DNA of 44,387 bases from Ascoidea asiatica JCM 7603 (taxonomy: Eukaryota; Fungi; Ascomycota), in contig BCKQ01000003.1 in NCBI GenBank assembly GCA_001600695.1, positions 212,052-256,438 on the forward strand. The letters run 5' to 3'. This document shows positions 13,110 to 23,927 of the stretch, piece after piece (positions within the stretch are counted from its first letter, which is position 1; every line of letters starts with the position of its first letter). Made by a program: the position numbers and the translations under genes. A model generated the notes under the pieces. The model did not search any database, was not told where the DNA came from, and was given only the letters and a program-made list of their open reading frames with translations.

Positions 13110-14368
13110 TTAATAATTTTAATAACTTTAATAAAATCAATGAAGAAATTTTTGATAAAAGTAATTCAAGTTTAATTGACAATAGTAATTCAAGTTTAAG
13201 TGAAAGTTTAAATTCTAATTCAATCTCAAATTCAAACTCAAATAGTAATATAAATAGTAATATAAATAGTAATTCAAATAGTAATTCAACTTTAAATAAA
13301 TTTAAAGAGAATATAAAAAATGAAATTAATGAAAATCATAAATTTTTAAACAAAATTAAACAACATAAACATAAAGTTGAATTAAATTTAAAAGATAAAC
13401 AATTAATTTATATAAATTTTATAATAAATAATTGGTTAAGAAAAACTTCAACACAATTAACAGAAATTGGTTTAAAAAATTTAAAATTAAATAAAATTGA
13501 TGATAGTTCATTTATAATTTTTTTTAGAAATGATCATTTTAATACATTATTTAAATATAAAGATGAAAAAGATATTAATAATGATAATTGTAAATTATTT
13601 TTATTAGTTACAGATGAAGGTTTCATTAAAAATAAAGATATTGTTTGGATTGAATTAAATTCAATAAATGGATTAAATGATAAATTTTATAATGGAAATT
13701 TTAAAGAATATGAATTTAAAAAAGAAAATAATAATAATGTTGAAAAAATTAAAAGGGAAGAAATAAATGGTAATAATAAAAATAATATAAAGATTAAATC
13801 AGATTTTGCAAAAGATTTATATGATAGTGGAGATATTTTAAAATATGAAAATGAAAATGAATTTGATAATATTAATAATAAAGATTTTTTATTAGCAAAA
13901 CAAATTCAACAAGATGAAGACGAATTAGTTGCAAAAAAATTACAAGATATGTATAATAAAAGAACTAAACCTAAAGTTAAAATTGTTAATGAAGATAATA
14001 AAAAGGACAAAATTATAGATAAGGATATAGAAAAGGTTGTAGATAAAGATAAAGATAAAGAAACAGGTGAAAAATTTGAAAATCATTCAAAGATGGGAAA
14101 TGAAATTAAAAGAAATAAAAGTATTGGTAGAAGTAAAAGTATTTTGAAAAGTAAAACTTTCAATATACATAAAAATAAAAGCAAAATGGAAGTTATAAAT
14201 GAAAATGTAAATAAAGATAATAGTATAAATGTAAATAAAAATGAGATTGTGAATGTGAAAGAGAAAACAAAAGAGAATATTAATGAAAATGAAAATAATA
14301 GTGAAATTAAAGAAGAAGGTAGAGAAATGAAAAGTAAGAAAAAGAAAAAAGACTGTATTATTATGTGA
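11621..14368 (+). CDS. MIY1: MINDY-family K48 deubiquitinase (Miy1/YGL082W-like) with C-terminal CaaX
   Basis: QNNNGPCAL (catalytic Cys), FFRNDHF (His), LVTDEGF, VWIEL, MIU-like DFLLAKQIQQDED, and C-terminal KKKKKDCIIM. The first ATG is 11621; the track began at a TTG at 11552. Confidence 0.88.
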
Positions 14369-14506
14369 AAATGATATTTATTAGTAGTATGTTAAATCAT
14401 TCATTAAATCATCTATAAAATATTTTTATGTAATTGAAATTTATATTAAAAATTATATTAAACTTTAAATGAAATCTAGATATGTAAGTTATATGATTTT
14501 TTTGAA

Positions 14507-15051
14507 TCATTTTGCAATACTTTCTTTAATTGTATCTTTACCACTAAAATAATGATAATTAATGTATCTATAAGCTTGACCTAATTGAGCAGTTTCATTA
14601 ACAATATGACAACCTAAAAGAAGAGGATTCCAAGGAGTAATTGAAACAGAATATTTCATAAATACAGCAGAATAAACAACTAAAGCACCAGTCATTGGAC
14701 CAGAAATAAAATCAGGATCTTTTTTTAAATCCATTATTGCAGCTACTGGTATACCAAAATTAGAAACTGGACCCCAAAAATGTGTACTACAAACATCTTT
14801 ATATTTGAATTCAAAATTAAAAAGAAAAAAGAGAAAAAGTTAGTTATTTTGATTATATTTTTTACTTTGATTGTAATAGGTTATAAATATAAATAAAGTG
14901 CTTACATCTATAATTGAAATTGTTAGTATTTCTTTGAATAATGAATTGAATAATGAGTTAGATAATAAATTAGATAAATAACTTACCTTATTGCTTCTTT
15001 ACTGAAGACAGTTGATCTGACTTTAGCCATAATACTACCGGATTGAGACAT
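14507..15051 (-). CDS. MPC1: Mitochondrial pyruvate carrier subunit 1; exons 15051-14987, 14907-14906, 14796-14507
   Basis: STHFWGPVSNFGIPVAAIMDLKKDP..ISGPMT..L..YS.VFM is the Mpc1 signature. The spliced model is 65+2+290=357 nt (118 aa). Confidence 0.92.
14797..14905 (-). other. MPC1 intron 2 (109 nt)
   Basis: GTAAGC donor at 14905, AACTAAC branch at 14845-14839, pyrimidine tract, AAG acceptor at 14799-14797. Confidence 0.75.
14908..14986 (-). other. MPC1 intron 1 (79 nt)
   Basis: GTAAGT donor at 14986, TACTAAC branch at 14928-14922, TAG acceptor at 14910-14908. Confidence 0.85.
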
Positions 15052-15710
15052 GATTATTATATTTATTTCAATTACTAGTTAGTTCTTTGGTCTATATTAC
15101 AATTACCTATATGAATGAGATATGATTATGATATCTTGTGATGCAAATTTGTATATGTTGAATGAATATAATTTTTTGATTAAACAACTTTGACTAAATT
15201 GAATATATTTGATTATTTGATTATATTTGAGATTTCGAATTGAGTGGTGGTTTGTATGCGGCTAAGCACCAGAAAGAGGAGCACCGCAGAGAAACCCCGG
15301 AGAGGTCTGGAGTAGACCTCCTGTTGGGGGTCTGCCACTCGGGTTAAAGACAGAAAAAAAGGAGGAAATATCCGGAAACAACACGGAAAAATGCGGGTTT
15401 AAAGGATGGATGTTTCGGATATAAAACGTGACGTTGGTGAAAATATCACCCTCGTAATTGAAGTATCCAGAATGGAAGAGTACCAAATTATTGGTCTTGG
15501 AGATTCTTTCGGAAATATTAAAAAAATTATTGAAAATTACTGAAAATTATTGAAGATATTTTGAGGGAAGTAAATAAATATACAAGAACAAAGGAATACA
15601 AAGATAGAACAACAGAATAAAAGAAGAGCTAGCCACAATTACCATTATAGTTTTGAGATTGAATTGTTGCTTTACTCAAAGGACATATTATCTTATCAAA
15701 ATCATTATCA

Positions 15711-15764
15711 ATGGAATACATTTACGCTCCTCCCCCTCCACCTCCAAACAACAACAATAACAAC

Positions 15765-15847
<83 letters not shown>

Positions 15848-17210
15848 TAATAATAATGGAAATAATAATAAAAGACAGAATAATATGAATTATCGAAACA
15901 ATAATAAGAGAAAAAAGTTCAATAATTCTCTCAATAATACTCTCAATAATAACAATAACTATAATACTTTTAACACCAATCAAAACTTCAATCAAAACTC
16001 TAACCAAAATTTTAATCAGAACTTCAATCAAAATTTCAATCAGAGCTTCAATCAGAATTTTAGTCAGAACTTTAATCAGAATTACAATCAAAATCAACCT
16101 ACACAATACACCAATTTCAATGTTCAAAGAAATCATCAAGATAATAATAACAGTCAAAATAATCAGAAAAATAAACCATATAATTTCCTTCAAAGAATAC
16201 CAAACAAGTCAAAAACTAAACCTACAAAGAAAAATAATAATAAATCAAAGAATCAATCAAATAATCAATCAAAGAATCAAAATACAATAAGTTTATTGAA
16301 TAATCTACCCACTCATTTACCAAATAAACCACAGATTATTGCAAAAAGCAATAATAGTGATATTAATAACAGAGATAATAATCAAGATAATGAAATACAA
16401 AATGATAATAATAATAATAATAATAATAATGATTATGATAACGAAGTTTTAGATGAGGAAGCTTTATATCTCAATAATCAAAGCCTCAAAGAAAAACCTT
16501 CAATTCCAATTCCTGGAACTAATATTATTTTAGATTCTGAGAAAGATATTAAAGAATGGATTAATCAAAGAAAAAAAAATTGGCCAACAAATAAAAGAAT
16601 TCAGGAAAAACATGAAAAGGTTAATCAAAATGATGTTCGAAATGATAGTCAAAGTAATAGTCAAAGCCAAAACGATAATCAAAACAGTAATCAAAACAAT
16701 AATTCAAACAATCATAAAAATAATAATCAAAATAATAATAGTAAAAAGTTATGTTTAGGCTTAATCAAATATAATAATTGTAAAAAAAAAAATTGTTCAT
16801 TTGATCATAATTTGAATTCATTGAAAGAATATAAAGCTTTAGAAATTGAGAAGAAAAAAAAAAATTTAATACCAAATGATTTATTACCTTTAATTAAAAA
16901 TAAAAAATTAATCAAAAACATAAATGGTTATAGATTCTATATTCCTGATAAATTAGAACCAATAAAAAACTCTTTAAGATTTCAACAAAATTCATTATCA
17001 AATAGTAATAATAATTATAGAAATAAAAGGAATAATGATAATAGAAATAGTAATAAAAACAATTCTAATAAATTGATTAATAATAATGATTTCTATTCAA
17101 TGTTGGTTCAAAAAGATAATGAAAAGGATAATTTAAATATTCTTGAATTCATTAATGAAATAATCAAAAATGGTTTAATTCCGAATAACTTCAAAGATTT
17201 GAAATTCTAA
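15711..17210 (+). CDS. RSA1: Rsa1/NUFIP1-like box C/D snoRNP assembly factor with CCCH zinc finger
   Basis: IPGTNIILDSEKDIKEWINQRKKNWPT is the NUFIP1/Rsa1 PEP motif; C-x8-C-x4-C-x3-H at 16752-16808; C-terminal ENxxILEFI-like helix. Confidence 0.8.
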
Positions 17211-17481
17211 ATTCTAAATATTGTTTATTTTATTTTCTAAATTCTAAATCCTAAATTCTAAAACTTTAATTTTTTCCGCGCCAGGCTCTATCCACCACGC
17301 AATTACATAATCAGACTTGAAAAAGGCCTGGTTTCGAGGAATTTAAATTTTATATTTATTTTATTTTGTATGTTTATTTTTTTATATAATTATATTTATG
17401 ATATTATAAATGAATAAATAAATGATATGATTCGAAATAATTTAGTATAATTTAGTATAATTTAGTTAATTTTTATTCAAA

Positions 17482-18918
17482 TTACATTATTTCACCAAAT
17501 CCAGTTGGAATATTTTTACCAAAACCACCTTCTTTCATTGCTAATTCATAATATCCATAAATTGTAGTTACAGCTAATAACATTGAAGTACCACTACCTA
17601 AAGTACCTAATAAATCACTTGCAACAGATAATGCACCAATAGTTGCACCACCAAAAGCAGCTGCAGTTGGAATTATTTTTTTTAATTCTTTATAAACACT
17701 TGTTTCTCTTGTACCTGCAATAATTAAACCTTGATCTTTAAATTTTTTTGCAACATCTCTTGCAGAATTACCAGAAATTTCAATCCAAGTTTTTGAAAAA
17801 ATTGCACATGTTGATAAAACAAATATAATATAAATTGAAGTTTTAATTGGATCAATCATTGCTTCTGCTAATGAAAATGGTGGTTGCATATAATAAGCAA
17901 TACCATTACTTGCAAATAATTGTGCAGAACCTGGTTTTGATTCCCATGTACCTAAAATTTTAATAAAAATATTATTTGGAAATTTTTGAAATAACATTTG
18001 AGAAATAATAAAAACATTTGAAGTTAAAGCACTTTGTAACATGATTGGTAAATTTGATGTATAAAATAATTTAATTGGATATAAACCATATGGTCCTCTT
18101 GTTCTTGTTGATTTAACAGGAATTTCTAATCTAAAACCTTGTAAATAAACAACTAAGAAAAATACAATAATTGTTGAAATTAATTGAAACATATTTGGTA
18201 AATTTGATCTATAAAAAGATTGAACTAAAGCTCTTTTTTTATCTTTTTTTGTAAATAATAAATGTACCATTGAAACAATTGCACCTTCAAATTCTTCACC
18301 TCTACCAGTATTTAAAGTTGTTGGAGCAAAAGCTTTCCAAACAATTTGTTCACAAATATTTGTTGCTGTAAATAAAGATATACCAGATCCTAAACCATAA
18401 CCTTTTTGTAAAAGTTCATCTAATAAAATTACCATAATACCTGCAAAAACTAATTGTAAAACTAATAAAAGACAAACTCCAAGACCTAATTCAGAAGCTG
18501 GACCATACATTCCAGTCCAAACATAAACAACAGCTTGACCAAAAGATAATAAAATTGCAAAAATTTTTTGAGCAGTTTGAAAATTTTCTCTATCAGATTT
18601 ATCTTCCATATTTACATCTAAAAGTTGAGTACCTTGTAACATTTGAAAAACCATTCCAGAAGAAACAATTGGAGAAATACCTAATTCCATTAAAGTACCT
18701 CTATTTGAAGCTAACATCATACGTAACCAATATAAAGGATCAGAAGATTCAGAAGATACAATACCATATAAAGGTATTTCACTCATTACTAAAAAAATCA
18801 TTAATGTTACTCCTGTCCACATTAATTTTTGATTAAATGGAATTTTTCTTTGTGGAGCAATAACTTCAGGTAAAAAAGGTGAAAATGGTTTCACAAGATC
18901 CAATACACGGAAACTCAT
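17482..18918 (-). CDS. SEC61: Protein translocon subunit Sec61 alpha
   Basis: [36 protein letters not shown] and [10 protein letters not shown] motifs; 478 aa, multi-TM. Confidence 0.98.
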   Translation of the reverse strand: MSFRVLDLVKPFSPFLPEVIAPQRKIPFNQKLMWTGVTLMIFLVMSEIPLYGIVSSESSDPLYWLRMMLASNRGTLMELGISPIVSSGMVFQMLQGTQLLDVNMEDKSDRENFQTAQKIFAILLSFGQAVVYVWTGMYGPASELGLGVCLLLVLQLVFAGIMVILLDELLQKGYGLGSGISLFTATNICEQIVWKAFAPTTLNTGRGEEFEGAIVSMVHLLFTKKDKKRALVQSFYRSNLPNMFQLISTIIVFFLVVYLQGFRLEIPVKSTRTRGPYGLYPIKLFYTSNLPIMLQSALTSNVFIISQMLFQKFPNNIFIKILGTWESKPGSAQLFASNGIAYYMQPPFSLAEAMIDPIKTSIYIIFVLSTCAIFSKTWIEISGNSARDVAKKFKDQGLIIAGTRETSVYKELKKIIPTAAAFGGATIGALSVASDLLGTLGSGTSMLLAVTTIYGYYELAMKEGGFGKNIPTGFGEIM

Positions 18919-19048
18919 TATTATATATATTTAAATTATTATTTTTATATTTGATTATATTTGATTATATTTGATATATTATTTATAAAAATCTTTGAGA
19001 TTGAGTTTATTTATCAATTGAAATTTGAAATTTGAGATTGAAAATTTG

Positions 19049-19079
<31 letters not shown>

Positions 19080-19975
19080 GTATTTTAACTATTGTTTTGA
19101 TTTTGAAATTGATTCAATAATTTTACTGAGATATTTTATGAATTGAAAGATGAAATGAAAGTAATATGAAAATGAAGATGAATAATTATATAACAAGTGC
19201 TACAATACAATAAATACAATACAATACAATAGAGATTAAAAATTCTAATTGAACCCTTTTTAAATTAATTTCAGAAGAATTGAAGAGGAAGTAAAATAGA
19301 AATTGAATGGAGATTAAATAGGAACTAAACAAAAAAGTTGGAAGTGGAATTAAAAGAACCTTTAAAATAGATTCGAACAAGATTTCATAATTTTTCAGTG
19401 ATTCGCAAATAGTTTCAAACTTTTACTTCAGAGCTGAGTTGTGAGTGAAGTGTCAACTAGAACAGAGAACGTGAGATGTACGAGACCAGTTCTGTGGATG
19501 TCCTTTTGTGGGTCCAGTTTTTGTTTGTGGCTTTTCTTCTGGTTTCAAGCTGGAAATGAATTTATTCTCAGCTTTTTAAAGCTATTCCAATTATTATCAG
19601 CACTTCGATATTCATGACATTTCATTTTGTAGTTCTTGTTTCTTGTTTCTTGTTTTTTTGCTACAATGTCGTCAATTGGTATCAATAAAAGTTTTCGACT
19701 GGTGGTTTTCCATCCCCAGAAAATTTATTTGAGTTTTAAAGGGAAATTTTACCACGGAAAAATCCCCGCTAAAAATAGACAGCTCAGTAGAAAAGTACGG
19801 GTTACCTTGTAGCGCATAATGTATTTTAGCGGGAAAAAACCCGAAAAATATTTTGTTCTTTGAAGAAGTTGAAGAAGTTGAAGAAATAAATTTCTAATTT
19901 TACAGTAATGAAAGTTAGTTATTTATTGTATATTCATAAGTTTTTTTCTTTTTTTTTTTATAAATTGAGAGTATT

Positions 19976-21070
19976 TTACATATCAAACAAATGTAAGAGG
20001 TAATAAGGGTATCCTCCACTCTTTTTATGGAAAATAATTACCAATCCACTAAAGAATATCCAAATTAAAGACATTAGAAATAATACAGTTAAGAAATTAA
20101 CTTTAATATGTTTAATATGAGGAGCAGTTTTAATTAATAAAATAACTGCAATTGATAAAATTGCATAAACCATTGAAATTATTTGAGTTTCAATACCTAT
20201 TTGTTGTTGTTGTCCACTAATGAAATATTCTATTCTACCATTTTGATCTGGTTTAATATATGGTACATTTCTAATAATATTAAACATATAACCTGAAATA
20301 AATAATAATATTGTTAAAACTGTAATTGTAGCCCAGATTTTTTTATTAATAAAAAAATTTAAAATATATGAACTGAATTTATTAATTATAATTGATGTTA
20401 ATATAATTAGTACAATTGATAAAACTAAATTATCATATCTTACAGGTTTATGAATAATTATATCTTGATTTGTTAAATCTGAGATCCAATGAGCTAAATT
20501 ATTTAAATTTTCACCATTTACAAAAGAATATTCTTCATTTATTGAACCTTTTAAATCATTTAAAACTTTTGAACTTGGTGAATAATAAAATAATTTTGGT
20601 ACTGAATTTAATTGAAATTTTTGAAAAATTTCTTTTTGTTGTGGACCAGAATGTAAATCAGCTATTGCAAAATAAATTTTTTTTTCATTTTTTGGATTTT
20701 CTTTTAAATATGAATTTGCTAAAGTTTTAAAATCTGGTAAAAATTGATGACATAAAATACAATTTATTTGTGGGTTGGTTGCAGTTAAATGAACAAAAAT
20801 ATGATAATCTCTTGGTCCTGAAATAATTTGTTTATAATTTTTAATATTTAAATTTATAATTGAATTTTTATTTTTACCTTTTGATAAAATTTTATCAAGA
20901 TCCTTAGATGTTGAAGAAATTGAAGAAGAATCTAAAGGTTTTGCAATTGAACATTGAATTAAATTTAAGAAAACTAAAATAAAAATGAATATTGAACTAA
21001 TTGAATTGAATGAATTACCAAATAAATTGGATTTTGAATTTGAATTGGAATTTGAATTTACAAATCTCAT
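19976..21070 (-). CDS. OST3: Oligosaccharyltransferase gamma subunit (Ost3/Ost6 family)
   Basis: Signal peptide, thioredoxin-like domain with CILC, SGYMFNIIRNVPY, QIGIETQI, four TMs, and C-terminal K..GYPY. Confidence 0.9.
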   Translation of the reverse strand: MRFVNSNSNSNSKSNLFGNSFNSISSIFIFILVFLNLIQCSIAKPLDSSSISSTSKDLDKILSKGKNKNSIINLNIKNYKQIISGPRDYHIFVHLTATNPQINCILCHQFLPDFKTLANSYLKENPKNEKKIYFAIADLHSGPQQKEIFQKFQLNSVPKLFYYSPSSKVLNDLKGSINEEYSFVNGENLNNLAHWISDLTNQDIIIHKPVRYDNLVLSIVLIILTSIIINKFSSYILNFFINKKIWATITVLTILLFISGYMFNIIRNVPYIKPDQNGRIEYFISGQQQQIGIETQIISMVYAILSIAVILLIKTAPHIKHIKVNFLTVLFLMSLIWIFFSGLVIIFHKKSGGYPYYLLHLFDM

Positions 21071-21502
21071 GACTTTCTAGAAAAAAATTTTAAATATAAA
21101 TTAAGTAAACATAAAATAAAATAATTGTAATAATAAATAATAAATAATATATAATATATAATAAAGGAAGTAAATCTAATTAACACTGTTCAATTATTGT
21201 TTAAATTATACTCCATATAAAAATATATTTTCTATTATTTCGTTAAATTATTACTTCAATCAACATCTAAATTTCACTTTACTTTAACATGCTGTCACTT
21301 CACAATAATAATTGAATATATAAGTATTACGTAATAAACAGGTAAGCAACAAAAACTAAGCCTCTTGACCAGCCACGTTAGTTAAGCCGCATTTACTACG
21401 CCACTACAAACCACAACGCCACAACTTTATTTTTTCAAAGTTTAAACAGATAAAATTAAAGGAAAAGAAAATAACAAATAAAAAAAAGGGTTCAAAGAGA
21501 AT

Positions 21503-21616
21503 GAAGAAGAGAAGAAGAGAAGAAAGAGAAGAAAGAGAAGAAGAGAAGAAAGAGAAGAAAGAGAAGAAGAGAAGAAAGAGAAGAAGAGAAGAAGAGAAGA
21601 AGAGAAGAAGAGAAGA
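21503..21616 (+). repeat. 114-bp pure homopurine (GAAGA/GAAGAAAGA)n tract
   Basis: Only A and G on the plus strand; directly abuts the kinase stop codon. Confidence 0.9.
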
Positions 21617-23218
21617 TTAAAGATTGTTTGGAACAGGAAAATTCAAGTCTTTGAACTCGGTAATGAACCAAGAATGTTTTGAAATTCCAATCAAATCAAT
21701 TCTTTTGTATTGATCGACAATTAGGAGTCTTTTAATTAAATCTATAACTTGAAAAGAATAATTATGATCAATTATTAAATCATTAGGAAAATTTAATTCA
21801 AAATTAGATAATAGATTTGTGTTCAGATTGGATAAAGATATATCATCAAAAGGAAACCTTTTGAATAAAGTGAAATATAATAAAACTCCAGAAGACCAAA
21901 TATCAATTCTATTTGAGATTTCAAGTAATTTATTATTTTCTATATCATTAAAATTATAATTCAATGATCTGATTATATTTGAATTATAAAAAGTTTCTGG
22001 AGCCATATAAAAATAAGTACCACAAATTGTTTGAGTTAAATTATTAATATTATTTAAATCATAATCATAATCTAAAAATTTTGCAAAACCAAAATCTGCA
22101 ATTTTTACATCAAAATTTTTTTTTAATAAAATATTCTCAGCTTTAATATCTCTATGAATAATATTTTTATTATGATGTAAATAATATAAACCATTAAATA
22201 TTTGAGAAAAGATATATTTGATTTTTAATTCATTTAAATTTAATTTCGAATCAAGTATCAAATCATATAAAGTAAAATCAATTTTTTCAAAAACCAATAA
22301 ACAAAAATAATTATTAATTGGAAATGAATAATCAATTAATTTTATAATATTTTTATGATCACAATTTTTAAGAGTTGATATTTCTCTTTTTATATTCTTC
22401 AAGTTTAATTCTTTATTATTATTATTATTGTTCTTATTCTTATTAAAGTTATTTGAATAAATTAAAGGACTTGATTTTTTCTTGAAATAAATTTTAATAG
22501 CATAAGTTTTATTTGTAGATTTATCAATAACTTCATTAACTTGACAAAATGTTCCGGAACCTAAAATCTTTGAATGATTAATTTCATATTTTTTAAAGAA
22601 TGGATCATTATTATCATCATCATTATTGCTATAATAGTCAATATTATTAGAATATAATTTTGGTTTAAAATTAAGATTTGTATTTTTATTTGAAATAGTA
22701 TTTGAAATTGATTTAAGTTTTGAAAAATATTTGAATTTAAAAGATAAAAAATCATTTAAAATAATTATATCATTATGATTTAAGAAATAAATATGATTTT
22801 TTCTAATTTTAGTTAAATTTAAATTGTTTTTTTGAAAATTATTAATGGAGCTAATTTTAATTATATTTGAGGATAAATTATATAGGTAAGTTTCATTATT
22901 TGAACAATTTTCAAATCTAAAATTAAATTGATTTTCGGTATGATTTTTATTATGATTTTCATTATGATTTTCATTATTATTTTGTTGATTTTTATTTATA
23001 TCCAATAATATGTTTTCAAAATTATTTTGATTATTTGTGTAATTTGAATTATAAGTTTCTTTATTTGATGATATATAAATATATTGTTTGGTTGGAATTT
23101 GAATTTTATTTTGACCTACAATATCATTATTACTATTATTATTATGATTATTATTACTATTATTATTATTTATTTGTGATTGTTTAACTGGATAAAGAAT
23201 AGCTTGTATTTTGTACAT
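21617..23218 (-). CDS. CAMK-group Ser/Thr kinase of the Chk2/Dun1/Mek1 type with degenerate N-terminal FHA-like domain
   Basis: LGSGTFCQV, YAIK, HRDIKAENILL, IADFGFAK, TICGTYFYMAPE and DIWSSG. The N-terminal YNLSSN...IYFLNHNDIIIL..FKF resembles the C-terminal strands of an FHA domain. Confidence 0.8.
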   Translation of the reverse strand: MYKIQAILYPVKQSQINNNNSNNNHNNNSNNDIVGQNKIQIPTKQYIYISSNKETYNSNYTNNQNNFENILLDINKNQQNNNENHNENHNKNHTENQFNFRFENCSNNETYLYNLSSNIIKISSINNFQKNNLNLTKIRKNHIYFLNHNDIIILNDFLSFKFKYFSKLKSISNTISNKNTNLNFKPKLYSNNIDYYSNNDDDNNDPFFKKYEINHSKILGSGTFCQVNEVIDKSTNKTYAIKIYFKKKSSPLIYSNNFNKNKNNNNNNKELNLKNIKREISTLKNCDHKNIIKLIDYSFPINNYFCLLVFEKIDFTLYDLILDSKLNLNELKIKYIFSQIFNGLYYLHHNKNIIHRDIKAENILLKKNFDVKIADFGFAKFLDYDYDLNNINNLTQTICGTYFYMAPETFYNSNIIRSLNYNFNDIENNKLLEISNRIDIWSSGVLLYFTLFKRFPFDDISLSNLNTNLLSNFELNFPNDLIIDHNYSFQVIDLIKRLLIVDQYKRIDLIGISKHSWFITEFKDLNFPVPNNL

Positions 23219-23727
23219 AATTTCTATGATGGTGAAGATAACTTTTGCTTTACTTTTATTTTATATTTGATCTTAAATGAAAATAAGAATAAAGAAGTTA
23301 ATTAAAAGATAGAATTGAATTAGTTCATTATTGAAAAACCTTTTCATAAAAAAGTGAATAGTTTCTGAAAAATGAATTGAAGTGAATAACCAAAAAAAAC
23401 AAACCTGAAAGAAAACTAAATAAAACAATACAAAATAAAAAGAATAGAGAAATAAATATGGATCTAAATAAATTCAATGAAGATGAGAAGCTTAAAGATA
23501 AAGATGCTGATTCCAGAGAAGGAGCGATATTTGTTGAGTCTGTTTCTTCTTGCGGGTCAAGGCTGGCAAAAGTGAATCTCATACGCAGTAACATAGCAGA
23601 ACTATGCATAGAGTCAACAAAACCCTTCCTAACACGGACAGCTGGGCATGTTGGTGCCCCGCTGAGGGTAAAAAATCCTGGTCAGGAAGGAACATGTGGC
23701 GAGTGAGCGGGCCAAGGATGTGGTCTC

Positions 23728-23775
23728 ACGCGTAGAGGTCCATCAAATAATAAAACCTTAGATTTGGTCACGTGA
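23728..23775. promoter_or_regulatory. MCB (ACGCGT, 23728-23733) and Cbf1-type E-box (GTCACGTG, 23767-23774)
   Basis: Exact consensus matches in the GC-rich region upstream of the FHA-like kinase. Confidence 0.35.
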
Positions 23776-23856
23776 AAGTTACCAGAAAAAGTAACCTCGG
23801 AATAGAACTGACACAGTTTTTACCCAATACTTTATTTGAAATTCTTACATGAAACA

Positions 23857-23927
23857 GCGTAAGTGGTTTAGTGGTAAAATTCAACGTTGCCATCGTTGGG
23901 CCCCCGGTTCAATTCCGGGCTTACGCA
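23857..23927 (+). tRNA. tRNA-Gly(GCC), copy 1
   Basis: 71 nt, GCGTAAG/CTTACGC acceptor stem, TTGCCAT anticodon loop, GGTTCAATTCC B box, followed by a poly-T terminator. Confidence 0.97.

Noticed and set aside
2040-16193. Hydrophobic poly-Leu/Ile ORFs in the track (e.g. 2040, 4300, 5429, 10301, 12997, 15664, 15708)
   Set aside because: They are antisense or off-frame shadows of (AAT)n tracts in real genes.
23767-23850. GTCACGTG as CDEI of a point centromere
   Set aside because: There is no long >90% AT CDEII and no CDEIII consensus following it.
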